From an uncultured Arcobacteraceae bacterium (GTDB lineage Bacteria; Campylobacterota; Campylobacteria; Campylobacterales; Arcobacteraceae), in assembly GCA_964022095.1 (NCBI GenBank), contig CAXHZO010000005.1:1-64000 (forward strand): a DNA stretch of 64,000 nucleotides, written 5' to 3'. The notes under the pieces were generated by a model, which had not been told where the DNA came from, ran no database searches, and saw only the letters and a list, made by a program, of their open reading frames with translations. Shown here in pieces: positions 49,727 to 62,061 of the stretch; position 1 is the stretch's first letter, and every line of letters starts with the position of its first letter. The position numbers and the translations under genes are program-made.

Positions 49727-51019
49727 ATGAAAAAATTACTACTAGCTTCATCTATTGCACTTTTATTATCTCAATCTTTATTTGCAAAAGAAGAAGTTCA
49801 AGAAGAACAAACAAGATTCGAATCATTATCAAAATTAACAAAAGTTATTGGAACTGTTGAAAAATATTATGTAGATGATATTAAACTTCAAGAGATTGTT
49901 GATAAAGCTTTAAAAGGTTTAATGCAAGAGCTTGATGCACACTCTAGCTTTTTAGATAAAAAGTCTTCAAAAGAGATGAGTATTCAAACTAAAGGTGAGT
50001 TTGGTGGCTTAGGTATTACTGTTGGTATGAGAGATGGCGCTTTAACTGTTATTTCCCCAATTGATGATACTCCAGCATTTGAAGCAGGGATAAAGTCATC
50101 AGATATTATCTTGAAAATCGATGATAAGGCTACTTTAAACATGACTTTAGATGAAGCTGTATCTTTAATGAGAGGTAAGCCAAATACTGATATTTATTTA
50201 ACTATTGTTAGAAAAGGTAATAACAAACCTTTAAAAATTAAAATTACAAGAGATATTATTAAAATTCAATCTGTATTTGCTAAAAAGATTGAAGATGAAA
50301 ACTTATTATACTTAAGAGTTTCTAGTTTTGATAGTAAGGTAACAGCTGGATTAGAAGATGCTATTGAAAATAACCCAAAAGTAGATGGAATTATTTTAGA
50401 CCTAAGAAACAATCCAGGGGGATTATTATCTCAAGCTATTGGAGTAACTGATTTATTTGTTGATAAGGGTGTTATTGTTTCTCAAAAAGGAAAAGATCAA
50501 GATAGCGAAGAAAAATTTGAAGCTACTAGTAGAGCTACAATGAGTAAAAAGCCATTAGTTGTTTTAGTAAACGGCGGATCTGCTTCAGCTTCAGAAATTG
50601 TAAGTGGTGCACTTCAAGATCATAAAAGAGCCATTCTTATTGGACAAAAAACTTTTGGTAAAGGTTCAGTGCAAGCGGTACTTCCAATTGATAATAATAG
50701 AACAGAAAATATTAAATTAACAATTGCAAAATATTACTTACCAAGTGGTAGAACAATCCAAGCAACGGGAGTAACTCCAGATATTATAGCAGCTGCAGGA
50801 AAAGTAACTGTTGAAGAAAATAACGAGTTTAAAATCAAAGAAGCTGACCTTAAAAAGCATTTAGAAGTTGAGCTTGAAAAAGTTGATGGTGAAAAAGCGC
50901 AAGAAAAAAAGATTGAAAAAGAGAATAAAAAAATCATTACAAAAGATGATGTTTTAGAAGACAATCAATTAAATACTTCAATTGCAATTTTAAAAAGTTT
51001 AATAATAATGAATAAATAA
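49727..51019 (+). CDS. ctpA: carboxyl-terminal processing protease (S41A)
   Basis: PDZ GEFGGLGI, DLRNNPGG, SASASEI, TFGKGSVQ. Confidence 0.93.
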   Translation: MKKLLLASSIALLLSQSLFAKEEVQEEQTRFESLSKLTKVIGTVEKYYVDDIKLQEIVDKALKGLMQELDAHSSFLDKKSSKEMSIQTKGEFGGLGITVGMRDGALTVISPIDDTPAFEAGIKSSDIILKIDDKATLNMTLDEAVSLMRGKPNTDIYLTIVRKGNNKPLKIKITRDIIKIQSVFAKKIEDENLLYLRVSSFDSKVTAGLEDAIENNPKVDGIILDLRNNPGGLLSQAIGVTDLFVDKGVIVSQKGKDQDSEEKFEATSRATMSKKPLVVLVNGGSASASEIVSGALQDHKRAILIGQKTFGKGSVQAVLPIDNNRTENIKLTIAKYYLPSGRTIQATGVTPDIIAAAGKVTVEENNEFKIKEADLKKHLEVELEKVDGEKAQEKKIEKENKKIITKDDVLEDNQLNTSIAILKSLIIMNK

Positions 51020-51030
51020 TAGGAGACTAA

Positions 51031-51984
51031 ATGAATATAAGCAAAATCGTTGAGCTTGGTTTATGGCCAGAATCAAAAAAAACTACTACTCAAAAAGGTA
51101 TAGCAGAACTTGAAGATCAAGGTTATAACTTATTTTATATTGGGAAAAATGCTGACCTATATACTTGTCCAGGTGATGAGGCTAAAGTTTTATTAGTTAG
51201 AAGTGATAGATGTTCAGTTTTTGATATTCCTTTAAATTTAGAAATAGAAGGAAAAGGTGTTTCTCAAACAGCTATTTCTAATAATGGTGCAGCGTTTGCT
51301 AAAGAGTCAGGAATTAAAACAGCAATTTTAGATGAAACTATAAATAGTAGTTTAAGTATTGCTCCAAGATGTCAGTTTATGGAACTTTGTAAACCTTTAG
51401 AAGCTGAAATTGATGGTGATGTTGTTCAGTTTGAGTTTATTTTTAGAAACTACCTAACTGGTTCATTATATGATGCTTGTCAAAATGGAAATGATCCTTA
51501 TGGTTTAGAACTAACTTCTGATTTACCACAATGGCACAAATTTGAAACACCAATTTTTACTCCAACTACAAAAGGGATTAAAGATGAACCTTTAAACTCA
51601 GCAGTTGTTAGAAAACAGTTCCCTGAAATTATTTCAAGTATGGAAAAACTATTTAAAGATTACACACAATTTGCATTAGATAATGGAATTGTAATAGTTG
51701 ATACTAAATTTGAAATATTCATTAATTCAAAAGGTGAATGGGTTTTAGGTGACGAAGTTTTAACTCCAGAGAGTTCAAGATTTATTTCAAAAGAGGATTT
51801 TGATTCACAAAATTATATCTCAATGGATAAACAAATCTTAAGAGATTTTGGTAAGTCTGAAAACTGGAAAGAAAAAGCAAAAGCTTTAGCAGCTGGTGAA
51901 AAACTAGAGGTAAATGTTCCACAAGAAATCAAAGATAAAATTTTAAGTGGTTATACAACTATTTTAAATAGATTAAGTAAATAA
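51031..51984 (+). CDS. purC: SAICAR synthetase (long form)
   Basis: SDRCSVFD, RNYLTGS, IFTPTTK, VDTKFE, DEVLTPESSRF, DKQILRD; precedes purS. Confidence 0.88.
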   Translation: MNISKIVELGLWPESKKTTTQKGIAELEDQGYNLFYIGKNADLYTCPGDEAKVLLVRSDRCSVFDIPLNLEIEGKGVSQTAISNNGAAFAKESGIKTAILDETINSSLSIAPRCQFMELCKPLEAEIDGDVVQFEFIFRNYLTGSLYDACQNGNDPYGLELTSDLPQWHKFETPIFTPTTKGIKDEPLNSAVVRKQFPEIISSMEKLFKDYTQFALDNGIVIVDTKFEIFINSKGEWVLGDEVLTPESSRFISKEDFDSQNYISMDKQILRDFGKSENWKEKAKALAAGEKLEVNVPQEIKDKILSGYTTILNRLSK

Positions 51985-52051
51985 AAAACTATATCTAAAT
52001 TGCTAAGGCATTTTTAGATATAATCGCAAAAATATTAATTGAAGGTAATAA

Positions 52052-52297
52052 ATGAAAGCAATAGTAAATGTAGCATTAAAACAAGGTGTACTTGATGATC
52101 AAGGTAAAGCAACTCACCACGCATTAGATACTTTAGGTTTTAAAGATGTTGTAAAAGATGTGAGAATTGGTAAACAAATCATTCTTGAACTTAACTCAAC
52201 TAATGAAACTGAAGCAAAAGATGAAGTAGTTAAAATGTGTGAAAAGTTATTAGCTAATACAGTTATTGAAGATTACGATATAGAAATAGTAGGTTAA
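52052..52297 (+). CDS. purS: FGAM synthase subunit PurS
   Basis: LDDQG, VRIGK, LLANTVIEDY. Confidence 0.95.
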   Translation: MKAIVNVALKQGVLDDQGKATHHALDTLGFKDVVKDVRIGKQIILELNSTNETEAKDEVVKMCEKLLANTVIEDYDIEIVG

Positions 52298-52298
52298 T

Positions 52299-52970
52299 AT
52301 GAAAATTGCAGTATTACAATTTCCTGGAACAAACTGTGAATATGATACAAAGTATGCATTTGAAAAAATTGGTGCTGATGTTGAAATTATATGGCATAAA
52401 GAGAAAAATATTCCTGCAGATACAGATTTACTAGTTATCCCTGGTGGTTTCTCTTATGGTGATTACTTAAGAAGTGGTGCAATTGCTAGATTTGCAAATA
52501 TTATGAACTCTGTTCAAGAATATGCTGCAAATGGAGGTAAGGTACTAGGAATTTGTAATGGATTTCAAATTCTTTTAGAAGCTGGTTTATTACCTGGAGC
52601 TATGAAAAGAAATGATTCTTTACACTTTATTTCAAAATATAACAACTTAAAAGTAATGTCAAATGATAACTCATTTTTATCTTTAATGAAAAAAGAGGAA
52701 GTAGTAAATATTCCAGTTGCACATCATGATGGAAACTACTTTATTGATAGTAAAGGCTTAAGACAGTTAGAAGAGAATGATCAAATTCTTTTAAAATACT
52801 GTGATGAAGAAGGAACTGTTGAAAACTTAAATGGTTCAGTTTCAAATATTGCAGGAATTTGTAATAAAGAGAAAAATGTATTTGGTTTAATGCCTCACCC
52901 AGAAAGAGCTATGGAAGAACTTTTAGGATGTGATGATGGAGTTAGAATGCTAAAAGGTTTCTTACAATAA
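52299..52970 (+). CDS. purQ: FGAM synthase glutaminase subunit PurQ
   Basis: FPGTNC, PGGFSYGDYLR, GICNGFQ, MPHPER. Confidence 0.96.
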   Translation: MKIAVLQFPGTNCEYDTKYAFEKIGADVEIIWHKEKNIPADTDLLVIPGGFSYGDYLRSGAIARFANIMNSVQEYAANGGKVLGICNGFQILLEAGLLPGAMKRNDSLHFISKYNNLKVMSNDNSFLSLMKKEEVVNIPVAHHDGNYFIDSKGLRQLEENDQILLKYCDEEGTVENLNGSVSNIAGICNKEKNVFGLMPHPERAMEELLGCDDGVRMLKGFLQ

Positions 52971-52992
52971 AGAGATAGGTAACTATCTCTTT
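52969..52992 (+). terminator. hairpin after purQ
   Basis: AAAGAGATAG-GTAA-CTATCTCTTT. Confidence 0.55.
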
Positions 52993-53004
52993 AGAAGTTT
53001 AGTT

Positions 53005-54075
53005 ATGAAAAAACTAGCAATATCAATAATTTTATTTAATATTTTTTTATCATTAAATCTATTTGCTGCTAAAAATTTATATGTATCTTACAAAAATGTT
53101 CCCTCAAAAGTTTATAAAAATCAAAGATTTGAAGTTGTTGTAAAAGCTTTAATTACAACAAATAGTTTTGATTATCTATCAAGCTCATTTTCAAAATCAA
53201 AAAATGTGAAACTGCTAAACCCAAAAAGTAAATGGGATAAGATATCAAATGATGTTTATGAAAATAGGTACATATTTAAAGTTGGAGAAGGTAGTTTTAC
53301 TTTACCTAGAATTAGTGTTAAATTAATAAAAAACTCAAGTGCAATTGATGTAAGTACATTAGGCTCACCTTCAATTAGTTACTCAAATATAGCTGTTGGT
53401 GATGGTAGATTCTCAGGTGTGATCGCAGATGATTTTGTACTAAAAGCTTATAAAACAAAACAGTATAACAATAATGATGCTTTAACAATAATTGATGTTG
53501 AAGGTGTAAACTCAAATTTAGAAAATTTTAAGATCAAAGATATTCAAGAACAAGGCATATCAGATTTAAAAGATGAATTCACTAATCAAAATCTTGTGTA
53601 CTATTTTGTAACTCCAGTTCATCAAAAAAAGATGGTTATTACTTATTATAATTCAAAACTAAAAAGTTTTAAAGATGTTACAATTCCTTTAGTTTTACAA
53701 AATGAATTAGTAAGTACTCAAACAGATCTTAATCCAAATGATTCAAGCTTTGAAAAATACAAAAAAATTGCAGTTGTAGTTTTATTTTTAATTGCACTTG
53801 CTTTATATATTTGGAAAAGAAAAAAGTTTTTATTAGTAATTGCAGTAATTCTATTTATTATAAGTGCAATATATTTAATGCCAAATCAAACAGGAATTGT
53901 GAAAAAAGATTCATATATTTATATATTACCAACAAAAAATTCTACAATTTTCTTTAAACTAGATAATTCTCAAAAAGTTGAAAAACTACAAGAGAGAAAT
54001 GGTTTTATAAAAGTTATAGGTATTGATAATAAGTTTATAGGATGGGTGAAGGAAGATAGCTTTGGCAAGAATTAG
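53005..54075 (+). CDS. exported membrane protein with C-terminal SH3b-like domain
   Basis: Signal peptide, VSTQTDLNP, two TM, IYILPT...GFIKV...IGWVK. Confidence 0.7.
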   Translation: MKKLAISIILFNIFLSLNLFAAKNLYVSYKNVPSKVYKNQRFEVVVKALITTNSFDYLSSSFSKSKNVKLLNPKSKWDKISNDVYENRYIFKVGEGSFTLPRISVKLIKNSSAIDVSTLGSPSISYSNIAVGDGRFSGVIADDFVLKAYKTKQYNNNDALTIIDVEGVNSNLENFKIKDIQEQGISDLKDEFTNQNLVYYFVTPVHQKKMVITYYNSKLKSFKDVTIPLVLQNELVSTQTDLNPNDSSFEKYKKIAVVVLFLIALALYIWKRKKFLLVIAVILFIISAIYLMPNQTGIVKKDSYIYILPTKNSTIFFKLDNSQKVEKLQERNGFIKVIGIDNKFIGWVKEDSFGKN

Positions 54076-54748
54076 AGGAATAATACTTTTTATACAATTT
54101 ACTATTACAGTTGCAATTACAGTTGTATGTATGTATTTATTTAGAAACCATACTCACAAAGTAATAAAAATTTGGATGACTTTCCAAATGAAAGTTTTAG
54201 GTATAAAACTTCAAACTGAAGGTAAGTTAGATGAGTCCTGTGATATGGTTCTTATGAATCATCAATCGTTACTTGATATTATTGTTATGGAGTACATCCA
54301 TTCAAGAGATTTAGCTTGGGTTGCAAAAAAAGAGATTGCAGATTTATTTTTCTTTGGACACATTATTAAAGCACCTAGAATGATTAGTATAGATAGAGAA
54401 AACAAAGCTGGAATTATTACTTTAATAAAAGAAACACGAGATAGACTTGATAAAGGTAGACCAATTGCAATGTTCCCTGAAGGAACAAGAAGTGATGGTA
54501 CAAAAATGCTTAAGTTTAAAGCTGGTGCTAAAATGGTTGCTAATAAACATAAACTAAAAGTACAACCAGTAGTTATTTTTAATACTAGAAATATTGTGGA
54601 TTCTAAAGCTTTAAAAGCAAATCCAGGTGTTGTAAAGGTTGTATTTTTAGATCCAATACAAGCTGATAAATCAACTGATTGGTTTGAACAAACAGAAATT
54701 AAAATGAACGAAGTCTTCAATAAAGAGTATAAAAACTATGTCTCTTAG
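54062..54748 (+). CDS. plsC: 1-acyl-sn-glycerol-3-phosphate acyltransferase
   Basis: NHQSLLD, FPEGTRS, FKAGA. Confidence 0.92.
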   Translation: MARIRGIILFIQFTITVAITVVCMYLFRNHTHKVIKIWMTFQMKVLGIKLQTEGKLDESCDMVLMNHQSLLDIIVMEYIHSRDLAWVAKKEIADLFFFGHIIKAPRMISIDRENKAGIITLIKETRDRLDKGRPIAMFPEGTRSDGTKMLKFKAGAKMVANKHKLKVQPVVIFNTRNIVDSKALKANPGVVKVVFLDPIQADKSTDWFEQTEIKMNEVFNKEYKNYVS

Positions 54749-55124
54749 TTGGCAAACACTATTAGCAATTGGGCTTGGAGGATTTCTAGGTGCAGTTGCA
54801 AGGGCATATAGTGTTCATCTATCTAATAAATACATACCTTTAGAGTTTCCAGTTGGAATTTTAATTGTAAATTTAATTGGCTCATTTATAATTGGCTTAT
54901 TATTTGCTTATTTTGCACATGTTACAGTTGGTGCAAATATAAAAGCTTTTTTAACTACAGGTTTTTTAGGAGCTTTAACTACATATTCAACATTTGCTAT
55001 TGAGTCATATTTACTATTTGGAACATCTATTTATTTAGCAATTACAAATATGGCATTAAACTTATTTGGTACTATTATTGCTGCTGGTAGTGGCTATAAA
55101 TTAGTACAATTTTTTCTAAAATAA
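54738..55124 (+). CDS. crcB: fluoride channel FluC/CrcB
   Basis: GGFLGAVAR, NLIGSF, GFLGALTTYSTF. Confidence 0.93.
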   Translation: MSLSWQTLLAIGLGGFLGAVARAYSVHLSNKYIPLEFPVGILIVNLIGSFIIGLLFAYFAHVTVGANIKAFLTTGFLGALTTYSTFAIESYLLFGTSIYLAITNMALNLFGTIIAAGSGYKLVQFFLK

Positions 55125-55191
55125 ATCACAAAAATTTTTTTAAGCATTAAGTAGTTATAATATTTGTTAAAAATTATAACAAGGATGTCTC

Positions 55192-55422
55192 ATGGGTATG
55201 CCAGGCGGTATGGAATGGATTTTAATTGCATTAGTAGTATTATTACTATTTGGTGGTAAGAAAATACCAGAATTAGCAAAAGGTTTAGGTTCAGGGATTA
55301 AGAACTTCAAAAAAGCAGTTAAAGATGATGAAGAAGAAGTAGCTGAAAATAAAAAAGCAGACGAATTAGAGAAAAAAGCTGAAACTACTGAATCTGAAAA
55401 AAACGACACTAAAACAGTATAA
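55192..55422 (+). CDS. tatA: twin-arginine translocase TatA
   Basis: [17 protein letters not shown]. Confidence 0.94.
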   Translation: MGMPGGMEWILIALVVLLLFGGKKIPELAKGLGSGIKNFKKAVKDDEEEVAENKKADELEKKAETTESEKNDTKTV

Positions 55423-55431
55423 GAGAAGAGA

Positions 55432-57021
55432 TTGCAAAATTTAGTTAAAAATTATATTGAAGAAATATTAGAAACTAGTGTAGTTTTAGAAAAACCAAAA
55501 GATATCTCTTTTGGTCACTACGCTACTCCTGTAGCATTCTCTTTAGCAAAAGAGTTTAGAAAATCTCCAATGATTATTGCAGATGAGTTAGCTTCGAAAT
55601 TTGCTGATTCTACAATGTTTGAAAAAGTTGAAGCTGTTAAAGGCTTTATTAACTTTAAACTATCAAACTCTTTTTTAGAAAGTTTAGTAAATGACTCATT
55701 AAGTAATGAATCAACTTTTGCTAAAGGTGAAAAAAAAGATGAGAAAATTCTTTTAGAATATGTATCTGCAAACCCTACTGGTCCTTTACATATAGGACAC
55801 GCAAGGGGAGCGATAAATGGTGATAGCATTGCAAGAGTTGGAAAACATTTAGGTTATGATATTACTACAGAGTATTATGTAAATGATGCTGGTGCTCAAA
55901 TGGATTTATTAGGTCTTTCTGTATCTTTAGCAGCTAGAGACTTTATTTTAAATGAAGACGTTGACTATCCTGAAACATACTATAGAGGTGATTACTTAAT
56001 TGATATTGCAAAAGTAGTTATTGAAAAATTTGGTCAAGATATTATTTATGATGAATCAAAATATAAAGAGATTGCTTTTTTTGCAAAAGATTTAGTAATG
56101 GACATTATTGTTAAAGATTTAAAAGATTTAGGAGTAGAGTTTGATAACTTCGTTTCTGAAAAGTCTTTATATGATAAATGGGATGAAATAAAAACTATTT
56201 TAGAAAACAACGGTTCATTATATGAAAAAGATGAAAAGATTTTCTTAAGATCAACAGAACATGGAGATGACTCAGATAGAGTTGTAGTTAGAGATAATGG
56301 AATTCCTACATATTTAGCAGGTGATATTATTTACCATAAAAATAAATATGATAGATCATATGATAAGTATATAAATATTTGGGGTGCAGATCACCATGGA
56401 TATATCTCAAGAGTAAAAGCTGCAATTAAATTTTGTGGAAATGATTCAGATAAATTAGAAGTACTTTTATCTCAAATGGTTCAGTTACTAAAAGGTGGAG
56501 AACCTTATAAAATGAGTAAAAGAGCTGGTAATGTGATTTTAATGTCTGATGTTACAGAAGAGATTGGTCCTGATGCATTAAGATTTATCTTTTTAACAAG
56601 AAAGAGTGATACTCATTTAGAGTTTGATATTGATATGCTTAAAAATCAAGATTCATCAAATCCAATTTTTTATATAAATTATGCACATGCTAGAATTAAT
56701 CAAGTATTTAAAAAAGCTGAATTAAACTTAGATGATGTAATGAATGAAAACTTTGAGAATCTTAACCAAGATGGTTTAAATTTAGTTTATGAGTCATTGT
56801 TATTACAATCTGTTTTACATGAAGCATTTTCAAAAAGAGAAATGCAAAAAGTAACTGAATATTTAAATTCACTTGCATCTTCTGTGCATAAATTCTATAA
56901 TGAATATAAAGTTATAGGTAGTGATGAACAAAATCAATACTTAAAAGTTTTAAGTATGGCAGCACTTAGTATTAGAACAGGTTTAAATATTTTAGGAATA
57001 AAAGCTAAGGAGGTTATGTAA
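55432..57021 (+). CDS. argS: arginine--tRNA ligase
   Basis: SANPTGPLHIGHAR, WGADHHGY, KMSKRAGN, YAHARI. Confidence 0.97.
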   Translation: MQNLVKNYIEEILETSVVLEKPKDISFGHYATPVAFSLAKEFRKSPMIIADELASKFADSTMFEKVEAVKGFINFKLSNSFLESLVNDSLSNESTFAKGEKKDEKILLEYVSANPTGPLHIGHARGAINGDSIARVGKHLGYDITTEYYVNDAGAQMDLLGLSVSLAARDFILNEDVDYPETYYRGDYLIDIAKVVIEKFGQDIIYDESKYKEIAFFAKDLVMDIIVKDLKDLGVEFDNFVSEKSLYDKWDEIKTILENNGSLYEKDEKIFLRSTEHGDDSDRVVVRDNGIPTYLAGDIIYHKNKYDRSYDKYINIWGADHHGYISRVKAAIKFCGNDSDKLEVLLSQMVQLLKGGEPYKMSKRAGNVILMSDVTEEIGPDALRFIFLTRKSDTHLEFDIDMLKNQDSSNPIFYINYAHARINQVFKKAELNLDDVMNENFENLNQDGLNLVYESLLLQSVLHEAFSKREMQKVTEYLNSLASSVHKFYNEYKVIGSDEQNQYLKVLSMAALSIRTGLNILGIKAKEVM

Positions 57022-57140
57022 TGAAATGGGCAATAATTATATTAGCATTAATCGTAGGATACGCAATTTGGACAGGTAATATGGGTGGTGCTCAAGATGC
57101 AGCAGCCAATTATAATAAAGTATTAAGACCAGGGCAGTAA
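57021..57140 (+). CDS. unannotated 39-aa single-TM small protein
   Basis: TAATG overlap with the argS stop, SD AAGGAGG; MKWAIIILALIVGYAIWTGNMGGAQDAAANYNKVLRPGQ. Confidence 0.72.
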   Translation: MKWAIIILALIVGYAIWTGNMGGAQDAAANYNKVLRPGQ

Positions 57141-57143
57141 AGT

Positions 57144-57473
57144 TTAACTTTCTGCTCTGTTATTTAATTGACTTAAAAAATCTTCTATAGTGTATTTTTT
57201 TCTATGACCTTCACTCATTAAGTGAATAAATACATCACCTAAATCACAAATAGTCCAGTTGTCATCTTCTTCAACTCTAACAAACTCTTCACCCATAGGT
57301 TTTAAATCGTTCTTTAAATAAGTTAATAACGCAATACCATGCTTAGGGTTTAAAGTTGTTGCTATAACAACATAATCAACAATATAATCTTTGTCTCTTA
57401 CATCAATTATTTCAATATCTTCAGCTTTCTTATCATCTAAAATGTCTCTAATCTTTTCTATTCTTTTATCCAA
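57144..57473 (-). CDS. rsfS: ribosome silencing factor
   Basis: DKKAEDI, DYVVIAT, WTICDLGDVFIHLM. Confidence 0.92.
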   Translation of the reverse strand: MDKRIEKIRDILDDKKAEDIEIIDVRDKDYIVDYVVIATTLNPKHGIALLTYLKNDLKPMGEEFVRVEEDDNWTICDLGDVFIHLMSEGHRKKYTIEDFLSQLNNRAES

Positions 57474-57485
57474 AAGTTTTTACCT

Positions 57486-58031
57486 TTATTTGTTTTGTTT
57501 TTCAAGATCTAAAATCTCATTTTTTATCTCACTAGGAATGAAGTCTAAATCAAGTTTTTCTCTTAACTGAGAAGAACTTATATTTATATCAATATTTAGT
57601 GTTTGAAACTCTTTTGCTTTTTCTAAATTATAACCATTTCTAGTCGCAACTACAAACTCAACTAGTGTTTTTAACTCTTCTATATTGCTCCATTTATCTA
57701 AATGCTCTAAATTATCAGCACCAATTATAAAATATATTTTTGATGCATTGAATTTTTCTTTTAGATATTTTACTGTTTCAATGGAGTATGTGGCTTTGTT
57801 TTTTCTGATTTCATAGTCACAAACTTCAACATTAGTAAAGTTTTTAAAAACTTTTTTTAATAGTTCAAATCTAGTTTCTGGTTCAATTTTAAAGCTATTT
57901 TTAAAAGGGTTTAAATATGTAGGAACTACAAAAATTTTTTCTATTTGTAGCTTCTGTAATGCATTATTTACAATAGCCACATGTGCTAAATGAATAGGAT
58001 CAAAACTGCCACCAAATATCGCAATATGCAC
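57486..58031 (-). CDS. nadD: nicotinate-nucleotide adenylyltransferase
   Basis: FGGSFDPIHLAH, IIGADN, ISSSQLR. Confidence 0.93.
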   Translation of the reverse strand: MHIAIFGGSFDPIHLAHVAIVNNALQKLQIEKIFVVPTYLNPFKNSFKIEPETRFELLKKVFKNFTNVEVCDYEIRKNKATYSIETVKYLKEKFNASKIYFIIGADNLEHLDKWSNIEELKTLVEFVVATRNGYNLEKAKEFQTLNIDINISSSQLREKLDLDFIPSEIKNEILDLEKQNK

Positions 58032-58122
58032 TTACTTAAAACCTTTATGAATATACTTAAATAATATTATAGCAATTTTTGGATAAAATATCTACCATTA
58101 GATTTACAATAAAGGGAAAAAA

Positions 58123-59118
58123 ATGGCTGTTAAGGTTGCAATAAACGGTTTAGGAAGAATTGGAAGATGTGTTGCAAAGATTGTTGCAAGTAAAGAGGAA
58201 GTGGAATTAGTTGCAGTAAATGCAAGTGGTAGTGAAGAAATGCTTCAATATAACCTTAGATATGACACAGTTCATGGTCCTAGACAAGATATTAAAGTTG
58301 AAGATGGATACTTACATATTGGTAATGATAAAGCAAAAATTATTAGTGAAAGAGATCCAGCAAAAATCGACTTTGCTTCTTTAGGAGCTGAAGTAGTTTA
58401 TGAATGTACAGGAGCATTTTTAACTCAAGAGTCTGTACAAGCATACATTGATAATGGAATTAAAAAAGTTGTAATGAGTGCACCTGCAAAAGATGATACT
58501 CCAACATTTGTATTAGGTGCAAATGAAGATACATATGCAGGTCAAGCAATTGTTTCAAATGCTTCTTGTACAACAAATGGTTTAGCACCAGTTGCTAGAG
58601 TACTTGATGATGCTTTTGGAATTGAAAAAGGTTTAATGACTACAATTCACTCTTATACTTCATCTCAACCAATCTTAGATGGTAAAGACAAAAAAGATCC
58701 AAGAAAAGGAAGAGCAGGAGCTACAAACTTAATTCCAGCAAGTACAGGTGCAGCTAAAGCAATTGGAAAAGTAATGCCTCACTTAAATGGAAAATTAAAT
58801 GGTCAAGCAATTAGAGTTCCAACTCCAAATGTTTCTTTAGTTGATTTAACAGTTACTTTAAGCAAAGAGGTTTCTTTAGAAGAAGTGATCGCTGAGTTTA
58901 GAAATGCTGCAGAAGGTAAACTAAAAGGAATTTTAGGTGTTGATGAAGAAGGTAGAGTTAGTTCAGACTTCATAGGTGAGTCTTTATCTACAGTTGTTCC
59001 AGTTGATACAATTCAAGTTATTGAAGGAAATATGGTAAAAGTACTTTCATGGTATGACAATGAGTGGGGATACTCTACAAGACTTGTAGAAATGGGTATT
59101 CACATAGCAAGTAAATAA
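58123..59118 (+). CDS. gap: type I glyceraldehyde-3-phosphate dehydrogenase
   Basis: INGLGRIGR, SNASCTTN, WYDNEWGY. Confidence 0.97.
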   Translation: MAVKVAINGLGRIGRCVAKIVASKEEVELVAVNASGSEEMLQYNLRYDTVHGPRQDIKVEDGYLHIGNDKAKIISERDPAKIDFASLGAEVVYECTGAFLTQESVQAYIDNGIKKVVMSAPAKDDTPTFVLGANEDTYAGQAIVSNASCTTNGLAPVARVLDDAFGIEKGLMTTIHSYTSSQPILDGKDKKDPRKGRAGATNLIPASTGAAKAIGKVMPHLNGKLNGQAIRVPTPNVSLVDLTVTLSKEVSLEEVIAEFRNAAEGKLKGILGVDEEGRVSSDFIGESLSTVVPVDTIQVIEGNMVKVLSWYDNEWGYSTRLVEMGIHIASK

Positions 59119-59137
59119 TTTTAATTAAGGAAGCAAT

Positions 59138-60334
59138 TTGAAATTACAAGAGATTAAAAATATTGATATAACTGGTAAAAAAGTTTTTATTAGATGTGAC
59201 TTTAACGTACCAATGGATGAGTATAGAAATATCACTGATGATAGAAGAATTAGAAGTGCGTTAAATACAATTAGATACTGTATTGACAATGATTGTTCTA
59301 TTATTTTAGCATCACATTTTGGTAGACCAAAAAATGGTTTTGAAGATGAATTCTCTTTAAAACCAATTGCAAAAAGATTACATACTTTATTAAAACAAGA
59401 GATTAAAATGGCTCCTGGAATTGTAGATGAAGAGTCTTTAAAAATGGCTAGTGAACTACAAACAGGTGATATTTTATTATTAGAAAATATGAGATTTGAT
59501 GAAGGTGAAACAAAAAACAATGAAGAGTTAAGTGCTAAATTGGCTTCTATGGCTGATGTTTATATTAATGATGCATTTGGTGTTTCTCATAGAGCTCATT
59601 CATCTGTTGAAGGTATTGCACAACATTTTGATATTGAACATAAAGCAGCTGGATTTTTATTAGCAAAAGAGATTAAATTTTTCCATCATATTGTTCATAA
59701 TCCAAAAAGACCATTTGTATCAATTGTAGGTGGTTCAAAAGTTTCTGGAAAACTAGAAGCACTTTATAATCTTGTACCAAAAGTAGATAAAATCTTAATT
59801 GGTGGAGGAATGGCATTTACATTTTTAAAAGCATTAGGTCATGAAGTTGGTAATTCATTAGTTGAAGAAGAATTAATTCCTGAAGCTATTAAAATCATGG
59901 ATGAAGCAAAAGAACTAGGTGTTAAACTTTATTTACCAGTTGATGTTGTTGTTGCTGAAGCTTTCGATTCAGAAGCAATTGCAAAACACGTAACAGTTCA
60001 AGAAATGCCTAAAAATTGGATGGGGTTAGATATTGGACCTGCCTCAGCTCAACTTTTCTCATTAGCATTAAGAGATGCAAATACAATTTTATGGAATGGA
60101 CCAATGGGTGTTTATGAAATGGATAAGTTTGCAAAAGGAAGTACTAAAATTTCTCATGCAGTTGCAAGTTCATTTGCTACAACTGTTGTTGGTGGTGGAG
60201 ATACTGCTGACTTAGTTAGAGTAACTGGTGATGAAGATGAGATGACATTTATTTCTACTGGTGGTGGAGCTTCTTTAGAGCTAATTGAAGGTAAAGTATT
60301 ACCAGGTGTTAAAGCACTAATTATAGAGGAATAA
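59138..60334 (+). CDS. pgk: phosphoglycerate kinase
   Basis: [32 protein letters not shown]. Confidence 0.97.
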   Translation: MKLQEIKNIDITGKKVFIRCDFNVPMDEYRNITDDRRIRSALNTIRYCIDNDCSIILASHFGRPKNGFEDEFSLKPIAKRLHTLLKQEIKMAPGIVDEESLKMASELQTGDILLLENMRFDEGETKNNEELSAKLASMADVYINDAFGVSHRAHSSVEGIAQHFDIEHKAAGFLLAKEIKFFHHIVHNPKRPFVSIVGGSKVSGKLEALYNLVPKVDKILIGGGMAFTFLKALGHEVGNSLVEEELIPEAIKIMDEAKELGVKLYLPVDVVVAEAFDSEAIAKHVTVQEMPKNWMGLDIGPASAQLFSLALRDANTILWNGPMGVYEMDKFAKGSTKISHAVASSFATTVVGGGDTADLVRVTGDEDEMTFISTGGGASLELIEGKVLPGVKALIIEE

Positions 60335-60339
60335 TATTT

Positions 60340-61988
<1,649 letters not shown>

Positions 61989-62061
61989 ATTGTTATAAAA
62001 AGTTTTAAATTTGAATTTTCAGAATTTAGATTTAAAATTTTAAATAGAGTATAGGAAAAAA

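Noticed and set aside
54700..54740. Fluoride riboswitch before crcB
   Set aside because: crcB overlaps plsC; no leader and no GGCGATGG-type motif.
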